64,000 nt of DNA from Chloroflexota bacterium. Its GTDB lineage: Bacteria; Chloroflexota; Anaerolineae; Anaerolineales; Villigracilaceae. The position numbers and the translations under genes are program-made. The first letter of the stretch is position 1; each line of letters opens with the position of its first letter. The notes beneath the pieces were generated by a model. The model was not told where the DNA came from, did no database searches, and saw only the letters and a list, made by a program, of their open reading frames with translations. Shown here one piece after another: positions 22,388-30,901 of the stretch. The DNA lies in NCBI GenBank assembly GCA_021414245.1, contig JAIOOU010000011.1, positions 123,881 to 187,880 of the forward strand, read 5' to 3'.

Positions 22388-22741
22388 ATGGCCAGACAGA
22401 AAAAACTTTCCGCAATCCTTGAAAAAGCAGCCCAGCGTCACAGCGCCCTCACGTCCATTGATCCCGCCCTGGACCTGGGCAACGGCTTGACCCTCGCCGC
22501 CTTCAGGGCAGAGATCGAAAATGCCCGGGCCCTGCAGGATGAGTATAACGCCCTGCTCTCGCAAGTGGACGGGACCTACAACCGTTTCCAAGAGGCTGAA
22601 ATCTCCGTACGCGATCTGAGCCAGCGCATGCTTGCAGGCGTGGGTGTACGGTTCGGAATGAACAGTCACGAGTACGAGAAGGCGGGCGGCACCCGCAAGA
22701 GCGAACGCAAACGACCCGCCCGCAGAGCAGTTACAGCATAG
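22388..22741 (+). CDS. Small helical hypothetical protein
   Basis: 117 aa with SD AAGGAG; SIDPALDLGNGLTL and C-terminal EYEKAGGTRKSERKR; followed by a terminator. Confidence 0.8.
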   Translation: MARQKKLSAILEKAAQRHSALTSIDPALDLGNGLTLAAFRAEIENARALQDEYNALLSQVDGTYNRFQEAEISVRDLSQRMLAGVGVRFGMNSHEYEKAGGTRKSERKRPARRAVTA

Positions 22742-22757
22742 TCCACACAACCGAAAG

Positions 22758-22790
22758 GACAGTCTCCCTTACAGGGGAGGCTGTCTTTTT
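22758..22790 (+). terminator. Intrinsic terminator
   Basis: gacagtctccc...gggaggctgtc followed by ttttt. Confidence 0.75.
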
Positions 22791-22816
22791 ATTATCTTCC
22801 TGCAATGGTCTTTGGC

Positions 22817-22845
22817 TTGACTGTGAACATATGTTCTACTATAAT
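22817..22845 (+). promoter_or_regulatory. Sigma70 promoter with a LexA-type SOS box in the spacer
   Basis: TTGACT (22817-22)-17 bp-TATAAT (22840-45); palindrome GAACATATGTTC at 22825-22836 matches GAAC-N4-GTTC. Confidence 0.8.
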
Positions 22846-22855
22846 CTTTGTCAAT

Positions 22856-23275
22856 ATGTCTATCATGCATCGTTTGTTATACCTGATAGGCTTGCGACCC
22901 AACCCCGACCCCCGTACCTTTCAGATCAGTGAAAGTTTCCATCTTGAACTGGTCACACTCGCCAAGCACGCGGGCCGTCCTGAACATGATTTGATCCCTG
23001 AACTCCTGGCCGTTGGCCTTACCCAATATGCTGCTCAAGACCTGCTTCGAATCAAGTGGAAGAGTCTTTCCGCGCGCGAACAGGAGGTCACTGCGTTGAT
23101 CTGTCTTGACTATAATCGTATTCAGATCGCGGATATGTTGGGGGTGTCGCCCGGAACAGTCAAGACCCACACGGAAAGCATCTACAATACATTTGAAGTC
23201 CATACCGCAAAACATCTTGCAAAACTTCTGGAAGGCTGGGATATGGCTGGCTGGTGGGATACACACCCCCAGTAG
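22856..23275 (+). CDS. Transcriptional regulator, putative RHH-like N-terminus plus LuxR-type HTH
   Basis: SLSAREQEVTALIC...IADMLGVSPGTVKTH. The track start at 22805 lies upstream of the promoter, so revised to 22856 (or 22865). Confidence 0.8.
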   Translation: MSIMHRLLYLIGLRPNPDPRTFQISESFHLELVTLAKHAGRPEHDLIPELLAVGLTQYAAQDLLRIKWKSLSAREQEVTALICLDYNRIQIADMLGVSPGTVKTHTESIYNTFEVHTAKHLAKLLEGWDMAGWWDTHPQ

Positions 23276-23394
23276 CGGTTCCCCCCTTGGGCGAACCCCC
23301 CAGATGTGCCTCTGCCAAATCTCTGCCAAACAATCTGCCAAGGAATCAAGCCTGGCAGATTGTTTTTTGTTTAATTCACAGCTATTCTGCAAGG

Positions 23395-24252
23395 ATGAAC
23401 ACATTACTCCCCGCCCCCGCGCTACCCTTCGAGCTTTCCGTCGAATCCAATAAGCTTTTGGTGATCATCACCGAAGGCAGACAAAGAACAGGGTTAACCG
23501 AGCTTATCGCTCGACTGGCCTTTAGAGGGCCTTTTCATATCATTGCAGGCGGTCAATGGGTGCCGGATCAAGACGACCTGCACACTGCCATGCGTCATTT
23601 CACAACAGATGTTGAGAGCACAAGGAGAAATATATCTTTGACGAGGCCCGATACTTATCTGCAATTTTTGGACCTGGTTGCCGAAAGCGATAAAAGAACT
23701 GAACCGTTATTGATATTGGATTTCCTGAATCTGTTCTATGACAAGGATGTTGATATTTCCCGTCGGAAGAGAATGGTGGAGAAGTGCTGCGAACACCTGC
23801 AAAAAATCAAGCTTATAAGGCCCGTAACCATATTTATGCGGGAAGTGCCGCAGGAAGACTACGAACTGTTTCATCCGGTTGTAGTTTCCATTGCAGAGGA
23901 TGCTGTTCACTTGGAAAGAGGTTCTCTGCTTCAAGCGTTGCTGCCGGAGGCTGGCATGGGAAAGAATCTTAAATCTGCAAGGGGGTTGGCGGAAAAACTC
24001 AGGGGGAAAATCCATTTTATGGGCACAATGATCGACCCGGCTGACCGCGCGGTCATCAAACAGTTTGGCGAGTGGGTCATGGACCACAGCGTGGAAATTC
24101 ACAGGAGCACCGAGCTTGCGCCGATGGAAGCCGCCTTAACCATGATCGTACTTGAGGAGCATAGAAGGATCACGAAACTTTCCAATGAGCTGCACAACTT
24201 CATGGATGAGATGGACAAAAGACTTGATGAACTTATGAAAGTGAGTAAATGA
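23395..24252 (+). CDS. Degenerate RecA/RadA-like protein fused in frame to a small helical protein of the type found beside PolB2
   Basis: RecA-like strand order with LLILDFLNLFYD (Walker-B-like) and no intact Walker A; internal GGAGG + ATG 23956 opens MGKNLKS...PMEAALTMIVLEEH. Confidence 0.6.
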   Translation: MNTLLPAPALPFELSVESNKLLVIITEGRQRTGLTELIARLAFRGPFHIIAGGQWVPDQDDLHTAMRHFTTDVESTRRNISLTRPDTYLQFLDLVAESDKRTEPLLILDFLNLFYDKDVDISRRKRMVEKCCEHLQKIKLIRPVTIFMREVPQEDYELFHPVVVSIAEDAVHLERGSLLQALLPEAGMGKNLKSARGLAEKLRGKIHFMGTMIDPADRAVIKQFGEWVMDHSVEIHRSTELAPMEAALTMIVLEEHRRITKLSNELHNFMDEMDKRLDELMKVSK

Positions 24253-26573
24253 ATGAAGTTGTAGGCTGGCTTTTTGATCTATATGAGCATCCCGAAAAAG
24301 GACTTGTTCTTTGGATCGTTGGAGAGGACGGCAAAGCATATTCGTTTTATCAGGAGTTTTCCGCTGCTTTTTGTGCGGGAGGCGCTCCTCAGCAGTTACA
24401 TGACCTGGCTAAATTCTTAAGGTCAAAATATTCCACCAACCTGCTAAAATTTACGCGCCATCAGGCGGAGGATTTGTTTGATGGCACACAGGATGTTATG
24501 GGGATGCGTGTCTCCAGCAGTGCTTTATTGCCGCAGGTATTTCAGGACGCAAGCAGAGAATTCCCGGACCTAACCTATTCCAATGTTGATATACCCATAA
24601 CCTTGCGTTATGCGGCAAAATACCACGTGTTTATGATGGCCCGTTGTCGTGTGATTGCTGAGCCAAATGGCAAACTGGTTAACATACAGGCGCTCGACAA
24701 GCCCGAAGACCTGGACCCAAAACTGCCGAAACTAAAGGTTTTGCAGCTCAGGCCGGATGTCAATCCAAATCGAAGGAAACCACAGCAGCTACTGATCAAA
24801 TACAACGATGTTGGTATTCGTGTTCCTTTGTCGCGCCCAAAAGAAATAATAGACTTACTCAATAATATTTTTTCCACATTTGATCCGGATGTTCTCGAAA
24901 CTCATTTTGGGGACACATGGTTTTTTTCCTATCTGGAGAAGGCTTCAAAGCAAACCGGGATATCCATTAATCCCAATCGGGACCACACGCGACAGCCGCG
25001 AAAAGTAAAAGAAATCAGCTTTTACAACTATGGCCGCGCTCATTATCGCAGCCCGCAAACACACTTATATGGACGCTGGCATGTGGACAAAGAAAATTGT
25101 ATGACCTACAAACAATACGGTTTGCAGGGGGCCGTTGAGCAAACCCGCTGGTCCAGCCTGCCCTTGCAGGGGGTTGCAAGGCGTTCTCCGGGCGCATCCA
25201 TAGCCGCGATGCAGGACCTGGCAGCCTTGCGGCGCAATGTTCTCGTTCCCTATCAACGCCAGAAAGGCGAAGTTTCCAAGACCTACGAAGAGCTTGTTGA
25301 AGCGGATTCGGGAGGTTTTGTTAAGCGCCCGAAACTTGGGGTTTATGCCAATGTAGCCGTGTTGGATTTTGCCTCATTAATGGCGTCCATTATTATCCGT
25401 TGGAATGTATCTCCGGAAACCGTTGTCAGTATCGATGCGGAAGGGGAGGGTTTTGAAATACCAGACCTGGGCGTCAAAATACTCTCGAAGCCCGGGTTAA
25501 TCCCTGAAACCCTCCGGCCAATGCGCGACAAGCGCGTTACCCTCAAGAGGTGGTTAAAGACTTTAGCCAAGGATGATCCACGTTATATTTACGCCCGTCG
25601 AATGTATGAGCCTGTCGTAGACGGGCTTAAATGGCTTACTGTGGTGTGCTATGGGCGGTTGGGGTTTGCCAATTCAAGGTTTGGCCGTGTCAATGCGCAT
25701 GAGGTTGTCTCCTATCTTGCGCGCAAGGTCATTGTGGAGACAATGGGCATCGCCGAAGCACAAGGATACGAATGGCTGCATGTCTATGTCGATAGCATTT
25801 TCGTGACCCGCAAGGATGCCACGCAAGCAGATTTTCAAGCATTGGCAGAACAGATCGAGCTGCAAACAGGACTGCCAATGGATCTTGAAAATGTATATTC
25901 CTGGTTTGCCTTCCCTGCTTCAAGAGAAAGTGAAGATCGTTCGGTGGCAAATCGATTCTTTGGACGCGCACCCGATGGAAAGCATAAGATACGAGGCTTG
26001 GCGCTTCGCCGCAGGGATACAACGGAGTTTGTTTCAAGAATACAGAGGGGCGTTTTCAAAATTCTGGCAAAGGAAGAGAACGTCGATAAGTTGCCGGAAC
26101 TTTTCCCTGAAATATTGGAATATGTAGGAAAAAGACTCACCTGCCTTGTCAATAAGAAAGTACCCGTAAGGCAATTGATTATTACTCAAAGGATGAGTCG
26201 TGAACTGAATGAATATAGCTCAATGTCCCCGATCGCTGTTGCCGCACGTCAGCTGAATGCGCATGGCAGGACTGTAAAAATGGGCAACGATATAAGGTTT
26301 ATTCATGTTCGCAATGGGCATGTTGTACCTGCGGATTTGCCCATTGAGGTTGACCCTCGAAATATTGATGTTCGAAAATACAAAGAATTGGCTCTGCTCG
26401 GTGTGCACGATTTGCTGCAGCCATTGGGTGTAACAGAACGAACTTTGCGAGATTGGTTATTTAAGAAGGCAGGTTATATCACTCCCCCGGGCAAACTTTT
26501 TTCAACTGACCGTACTCGATTGGATTTGCCTTTGTTTAATAGCGTGAAACGTTTACATCTCGGCCTGCAGTAA
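24249..26573 (+). CDS. Family B DNA polymerase, PolB2 (Dpo2)-like
   Basis: Motif A VLDFASLMASII...NVSPET, motif B LKWLTVVCYGRLG, motif C HVYVDSIFV, KIRGLALRRRD; eroded exonuclease region DPDVLETHFGD. Confidence 0.85.
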   Translation: MNEVVGWLFDLYEHPEKGLVLWIVGEDGKAYSFYQEFSAAFCAGGAPQQLHDLAKFLRSKYSTNLLKFTRHQAEDLFDGTQDVMGMRVSSSALLPQVFQDASREFPDLTYSNVDIPITLRYAAKYHVFMMARCRVIAEPNGKLVNIQALDKPEDLDPKLPKLKVLQLRPDVNPNRRKPQQLLIKYNDVGIRVPLSRPKEIIDLLNNIFSTFDPDVLETHFGDTWFFSYLEKASKQTGISINPNRDHTRQPRKVKEISFYNYGRAHYRSPQTHLYGRWHVDKENCMTYKQYGLQGAVEQTRWSSLPLQGVARRSPGASIAAMQDLAALRRNVLVPYQRQKGEVSKTYEELVEADSGGFVKRPKLGVYANVAVLDFASLMASIIIRWNVSPETVVSIDAEGEGFEIPDLGVKILSKPGLIPETLRPMRDKRVTLKRWLKTLAKDDPRYIYARRMYEPVVDGLKWLTVVCYGRLGFANSRFGRVNAHEVVSYLARKVIVETMGIAEAQGYEWLHVYVDSIFVTRKDATQADFQALAEQIELQTGLPMDLENVYSWFAFPASRESEDRSVANRFFGRAPDGKHKIRGLALRRRDTTEFVSRIQRGVFKILAKEENVDKLPELFPEILEYVGKRLTCLVNKKVPVRQLIITQRMSRELNEYSSMSPIAVAARQLNAHGRTVKMGNDIRFIHVRNGHVVPADLPIEVDPRNIDVRKYKELALLGVHDLLQPLGVTERTLRDWLFKKAGYITPPGKLFSTDRTRLDLPLFNSVKRLHLGLQ

Positions 26574-26601
26574 AATATATTAGAACTTTTCAGCAAATGC
26601 C

Positions 26602-26703
26602 GTGTCACTCCCCCGAAAACCACCGGGGCGATGTGAGGGAGCGCTCTTTGCGACCGAGGAGCCTCGCAAATTGGAGCCCGAGATCCTTCGCTCAGCATGA
26701 CAC
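26602..26703. repeat. REP-like intergenic palindromic element
   Basis: gtgtca...tgacac ends; contains gagatccttcgctcagcatgacac, shared with 28841-28869 and 34398-34422. Confidence 0.55.
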
Positions 26704-26716
26704 ATGAGACTGCAAA

Positions 26717-26764
26717 ATACAGATACCGCCCTGCAAATTTCATTTTGCAGGGCGGTATCTGTAT
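26717..26764. terminator. Hairpin/terminator between convergent genes
   Basis: atacagataccgccctgcaaa / tttgcagggcggtatctgtat, 21-bp stem. Confidence 0.75.
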
Positions 26765-26788
26765 AACTTAGAATTTATAAAAAGCCCC

Positions 26789-27796
26789 CTACGCACTCCC
26801 CAAGCCCGGCAGGCCGCCAGCGGACCTGGCATGCTTCACGGCCCTCAGGATGGCCTGCGCCAGGACTTCGGCGGCGAAGGCGCCAATCGTTGAGACATCG
26901 GCTTTCTTTGTACCCGTGGAAAGCGCGAAGATCACATCCCCATCCAGCATTGTGTGCGCGGGCCGGACCGTCCGCGCGATTCCGTCCTGCGCCATCTGAG
27001 CCACCTTGGTGGCCTGGGCCTTGGTTAATTTGGCATTGGTGGCCACCGCGCCGATGACCGTATTGCCCCGGCTCGCAAGCCCAAGCACGCCCCGGCCGAG
27101 CGGGGACTTCATCATCGCCAGCGTATCCGCGAAGGGTTCCTTTTTCCCGATCCGCAGCGGACCGGCCTTGCCGGAACGCAGGCCCGCCAGGATGGCGCCT
27201 GTCGCCGGGTCGATCACATCCCCAAAGGCGTTGACCGCCACAATGGCGCCCACGATCACGCCGCCGCCGATGTCCATGCTGGCGGTGCCCAGGCCGGACT
27301 TCATGGCGAGTCCCATGCCGAACATCTTGCCGACCGAAGCGCCTGTGCCCGCGCCGACGTTTCCCTCCGCGGGCGGACTGGACGCAGAAAGATCGCTTGC
27401 CGCGGCGGCTGCTTTGGCTCCCATGGCGGGATCAGGCCGAACGTCCGCGCGACCGAGGCCCAGGTCATATAAAATGGCCGCAGGCACGATCGGCACTTTG
27501 GCGGCGCCGGTATTAAATCCAATCCTTTGTTCCTCAAGATACCCCATCACGCCGGAGGCGGCATCCAGCCCAAAGGCCGAACCGCCCGCCAGCACGATCG
27601 CATGCACTTTCTGAACGAGATTAATCGGGTTCAACAGATCGGTCTCGCGCGTGCCGGGCGCGCCGCCGCGCACATCCACACCGGCCACCGCGCCCTTGCG
27701 GCACAATATGACCGTACAGCCCGTCAGGGCTTCCTCGTTTTGCGCGTGTCCCACTTCAATCCCGCGCACATCGGTGATGGCATTCTTTAGTTTCAT
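26789..27796 (-). CDS. P1/DmpA-like (S58) aminopeptidase
   Basis: DVRGGAPGTRET, GGSAFGL, EGNVGAGTG, GNTVIG autoprocessing site, DGDVIFAL. Confidence 0.92.
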   Translation of the reverse strand: MKLKNAITDVRGIEVGHAQNEEALTGCTVILCRKGAVAGVDVRGGAPGTRETDLLNPINLVQKVHAIVLAGGSAFGLDAASGVMGYLEEQRIGFNTGAAKVPIVPAAILYDLGLGRADVRPDPAMGAKAAAAASDLSASSPPAEGNVGAGTGASVGKMFGMGLAMKSGLGTASMDIGGGVIVGAIVAVNAFGDVIDPATGAILAGLRSGKAGPLRIGKKEPFADTLAMMKSPLGRGVLGLASRGNTVIGAVATNAKLTKAQATKVAQMAQDGIARTVRPAHTMLDGDVIFALSTGTKKADVSTIGAFAAEVLAQAILRAVKHARSAGGLPGLGSA

Positions 27797-28371
27797 GGGT
27801 TTACTCCCGGTTCGACCAGGTATTTGACGACATCCTCTTCACGAAGGACAGGAGGAAATTGCAGGCTTTCATCGATCCGCACGATGCGTCCGCCGCGAAC
27901 CTGCAGGGTCAGGCTGGTCTGGTTTTCAAGGCCGCCGATAAAGACCAGCGCATACTCCCCGGCCGGATAATTCAAGTCCGTATACGCCTGGTCCGAGACC
28001 TGGTAGGCCGCGAACAATTGAGAGACCTGCAGGCCGTCCCAGGATTGGATTTCCGCCTTGCGGATAAAATGGCCTTCGGGGCCGAGCAAGGGCAGCACCT
28101 CGACCGGCGTGCCCGGTGCTTCATTGGCAAGACATTTGGGAGGTCCGCCCAGCCCTTCGATGTTCGTGCAGGCGGTTTGTGTGAACTGAATCAGGGAGCG
28201 TACTTCGTCCAGGTCCCCCGCCAATACGATTTCAATGATCCGGTCGAGTTCGGGGATGCCGGTCCGGCCGGCGGCGGGATCCGCTGTGGGCTGCGCCTGT
28301 GCGCAGGCGGTCAACACGAGAAACAGCGCGATCCACCCGACCCGCAGCCTGTTTGCCCATTTCTTTGACAT
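27793..28371 (-). CDS. Hypothetical lipoprotein
   Basis: Signal with LVLTAC lipobox; overlaps the next gene by 4 bp. Confidence 0.7.
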   Translation of the reverse strand: MSKKWANRLRVGWIALFLVLTACAQAQPTADPAAGRTGIPELDRIIEIVLAGDLDEVRSLIQFTQTACTNIEGLGGPPKCLANEAPGTPVEVLPLLGPEGHFIRKAEIQSWDGLQVSQLFAAYQVSDQAYTDLNYPAGEYALVFIGGLENQTSLTLQVRGGRIVRIDESLQFPPVLREEDVVKYLVEPGVNP

Positions 28372-28417
28372 GGGTGAACCTCCTTATTCCGACCCCTTGA
28401 TTATATCTTTCCAGGCC

Positions 28418-28816
28418 TCAGGCCTTCGGTTTGTTTTCGATGCCGGTGTGAAAGAAGACCAGCCAGGTGAAGATTCCCGCGAAGACAGCGTACACGGTCA
28501 ACACCACCCACAATAAGATTCTGGTCCCGTCCGACAGTTGATGGTTCAACAGGGTCAACGCGCCCATCATGAAGTGCGCAAAATTCGCGAGTGAGATCGG
28601 CCGCAAATACACGCCGCCGATGATGTTGTCTTTCACAGTCCAGTTCATGAGCGCGAACGATAGGTACAATGTCCCGGCCAGCTGGATCAGGACAGGCAGG
28701 GGCGCGGTCAGCGGCAGGCTGAATAATTTCAACAGTTCTTCAGGGGCGAACAGGGCCAACAAGCCCGCAGCTGCAAGCCAGATACTGCTGGCGATCATCA
28801 ATGCCTTGGTTTTCAT
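28418..28816 (-). CDS. Hypothetical four-TM membrane protein
   Basis: Hydrophobic 132-aa ORF with an AGGA SD. Confidence 0.7.
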   Translation of the reverse strand: MKTKALMIASSIWLAAAGLLALFAPEELLKLFSLPLTAPLPVLIQLAGTLYLSFALMNWTVKDNIIGGVYLRPISLANFAHFMMGALTLLNHQLSDGTRILLWVVLTVYAVFAGIFTWLVFFHTGIENKPKA

Positions 28817-28840
28817 GTAAGTTCCTTTGGGATAAAAAAC

Positions 28841-28869
28841 GAGGTCCTTCGCTGCGCTCAGGATGACAC
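28841..28869. repeat. REP-like element, half copy
   Basis: gaggtccttcgctgcgctcaggatgacac. Confidence 0.55.
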
Positions 28870-28881
28870 GGGCAGGACATT

Positions 28882-30132
28882 TTATTTCAATTTACTCTTC
28901 AGATACGAACGCAGCTTGACCGGTTTGATCCCGCTCAAGTCCACTTTGCCCGCAGCGATCATATCCCGAAAACGCGCAAGTCCATTGGCGAGGGCGCTCG
29001 CGAAGGCTTCATCCTTCGGCGCGTCGTCTTCGAGCCAGAAGCCGAGGATGTGAAGCGTGTTCGTCTTGCGGTCCAGTTTCGGGTCGAGGCGCGCCACGAG
29101 ATCATCGCCGTACAGGATCGGCAGGGTGTAGTATCCCCAGCGGCGTTGATGCACGGGTTTGTACACTTCCCATAGATACTCGAAATCGAAGACAAGCTTC
29201 GCGCGTCCGCGGGCGCTGACCATTTCCAGCGGGGCCAATAATGTAACTTCCTCATCTGTGGTGGTCTGCAAGGCTTTCCAGGCCTTCGGCACGCGGCCGG
29301 ATTCAAGCGTTTCCAGCAGGGGCAGGTCACGGGTCAACACGAGCCAGTCCTCTTTGGAACCCTGCAGCTTGAGGCGGGTGACAAGTCCGTTCGAGATCAT
29401 CTCCGCCAGTTTTCTTTCCGCTTCCCCGGCCGGGACCTCGCGCGCGATGGCATCCCTCCAGTTAATTCGAAAACGCTTTTCACGCATGATGTTGAGGAAG
29501 GCGATCGACTTGCGGGCAAAGAAATCCTCGGCTTCCTTTTCAGGAACGGCATGCTGATACTCGGACGGCACGACCCGCTCGCGCAGGTCATAATACCGGT
29601 CAAAGCCCTTGCGGTGCGAGATCATGACCTCGCCGGTCAGCCACAGATAATACAAAGCCAGGGAGGTTTCCTTGCGGCCGCGGTAACTCCATTCCTTGAC
29701 GGCCGCGCCTTCGAAATCGCGGTTCCCCAACGGACCGCGTTCCTTCAAGGCGGCGACCACATCCTTCAGCACGGCCGCATTCCGGCGTGCAAAGTCCGTG
29801 CCCCAGCGCCCGTGTTCGCTGCGCCGGTTCATGTACGTGCGCCAAAACGGGAATTCCTTCATCGGGTACATGGCCAGCCAGCCGCCGTAATCAAAGGCCC
29901 GGCGTTTCTCGTACGCCATTTGATACAGATGCGCAGGCTTGAAATCCAGCACGCGCCCGTACAAGGCGATCTCCTGGCTGCGGGCCGCGATATTGAGCGG
30001 GTCCAATTGCAGGGCTTCCATTTGGTGCAGGGCGGCTTCGACGCCGTTCACGCCCTTGAAACGGCGGCCGGGCCAAAGTCCCTGCTGACCGAGCAGGAAA
30101 CGGCGAAAAGTGAGTTTGGATATGCTGTCCAT
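28882..30132 (-). CDS. YcaQ/AlkZ-like winged-helix DNA glycosylase (crosslink repair)
   Basis: LQLDPLNIAARSQ (QxD), LLAPLE, FEYLWEVYKP..RRWGYYTLPILYGD. Confidence 0.85.
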   Translation of the reverse strand: MDSISKLTFRRFLLGQQGLWPGRRFKGVNGVEAALHQMEALQLDPLNIAARSQEIALYGRVLDFKPAHLYQMAYEKRRAFDYGGWLAMYPMKEFPFWRTYMNRRSEHGRWGTDFARRNAAVLKDVVAALKERGPLGNRDFEGAAVKEWSYRGRKETSLALYYLWLTGEVMISHRKGFDRYYDLRERVVPSEYQHAVPEKEAEDFFARKSIAFLNIMREKRFRINWRDAIAREVPAGEAERKLAEMISNGLVTRLKLQGSKEDWLVLTRDLPLLETLESGRVPKAWKALQTTTDEEVTLLAPLEMVSARGRAKLVFDFEYLWEVYKPVHQRRWGYYTLPILYGDDLVARLDPKLDRKTNTLHILGFWLEDDAPKDEAFASALANGLARFRDMIAAGKVDLSGIKPVKLRSYLKSKLK

Positions 30133-30187
30133 AAAGGTTTCGCCGATTATAGACCATTAATTCTAATTTACAAGGTCTGCTTCGGAA

Positions 30188-30218
30188 ATAAAAAAGGACC
30201 GGAATTACCCGGTCCTTT
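30188..30218 (-). terminator. Intrinsic terminator
   Basis: aaaggaccgg/ccggtccttt with a minus-strand T-run. Confidence 0.65.
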
Positions 30219-30230
30219 CATCTGCATTGT

Positions 30231-30431
30231 TTATTTATCGTCGTCGGCCAGCGAGCCGATCGCGCGCAGTAGGCCAAAGATCAACAGGCCCAGCTTGAGT
30301 CCCTCGCCCGTGGTCAGGGCGGTTTCGCGGTCGTGCTTTTCAGCGCGCCGCGTGAGCAGTGTGGCCGCGATCAGGCCGGTCACAGCGCCGACTAGGGCGC
30401 CGCCGATGATGACTTTCTGTTTGTTGTTCAT
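30231..30431 (-). CDS. Small hypothetical membrane protein
   Basis: 66 aa, two hydrophobic helices, ATGA overlap with the upstream gene. Confidence 0.7.
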   Translation of the reverse strand: MNNKQKVIIGGALVGAVTGLIAATLLTRRAEKHDRETALTTGEGLKLGLLIFGLLRAIGSLADDDK

Positions 30432-30853
30432 GGGGTGATCCTTCCAAAAAATGCCACAACGTTTTCAATGAACCCGTTCAGCGCGATCACGGGTTTGACG
30501 ACCATATCTGCCGCGCGCAGGATGTATCCGCGCGCAATATAGACATAATCCTGGGCCAGGCCGGTATAGGTCGGCAGCAGGCCAAGCAGGCGCGCCATCA
30601 GGTAAATGAGCCCAACCAGCACCGCCAGCACGATCAGGCCCGCGATCAAAATCGGGATGATGATCCAGATCGTGGAGATGGCTGCCCAGCGGCCCACGTC
30701 CCCACCCGAGGTGAACGTGGACAGGCTGATCAGCACGATCAAGCCGATCATCAACAAAACCACGAGGACCATCGGCAGGATGATCTGGGTCACGCGCTGC
30801 TTGCGGTGGACTTGATGGGAGTAATGTTCGCGGATGGGAAGCTGGGGTTTCAT
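30428..30853 (-). CDS. Hypothetical membrane protein
   Basis: 141 aa with two long hydrophobic helices. Confidence 0.75.
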   Translation of the reverse strand: MKPQLPIREHYSHQVHRKQRVTQIILPMVLVVLLMIGLIVLISLSTFTSGGDVGRWAAISTIWIIIPILIAGLIVLAVLVGLIYLMARLLGLLPTYTGLAQDYVYIARGYILRAADMVVKPVIALNGFIENVVAFFGRITP

Positions 30854-30901
30854 TGTTTCTATTTTAGCATAAACGGAAAAGCGGGTTTTGTTTGCATGCT
30901 T

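Noticed and set aside
22194-22415. 73-aa minus-strand ORF entering the repeat array
   Set aside because: No SD, overlaps the start of the 117-aa gene, and stops inside the array; noted only as part of the repeat finding.
23254-23394. N-terminal extension of the RecA-like ORF
   Set aside because: Overlaps the HTH gene and runs through the repeat and hairpin region; ATG 23395 is more plausible.
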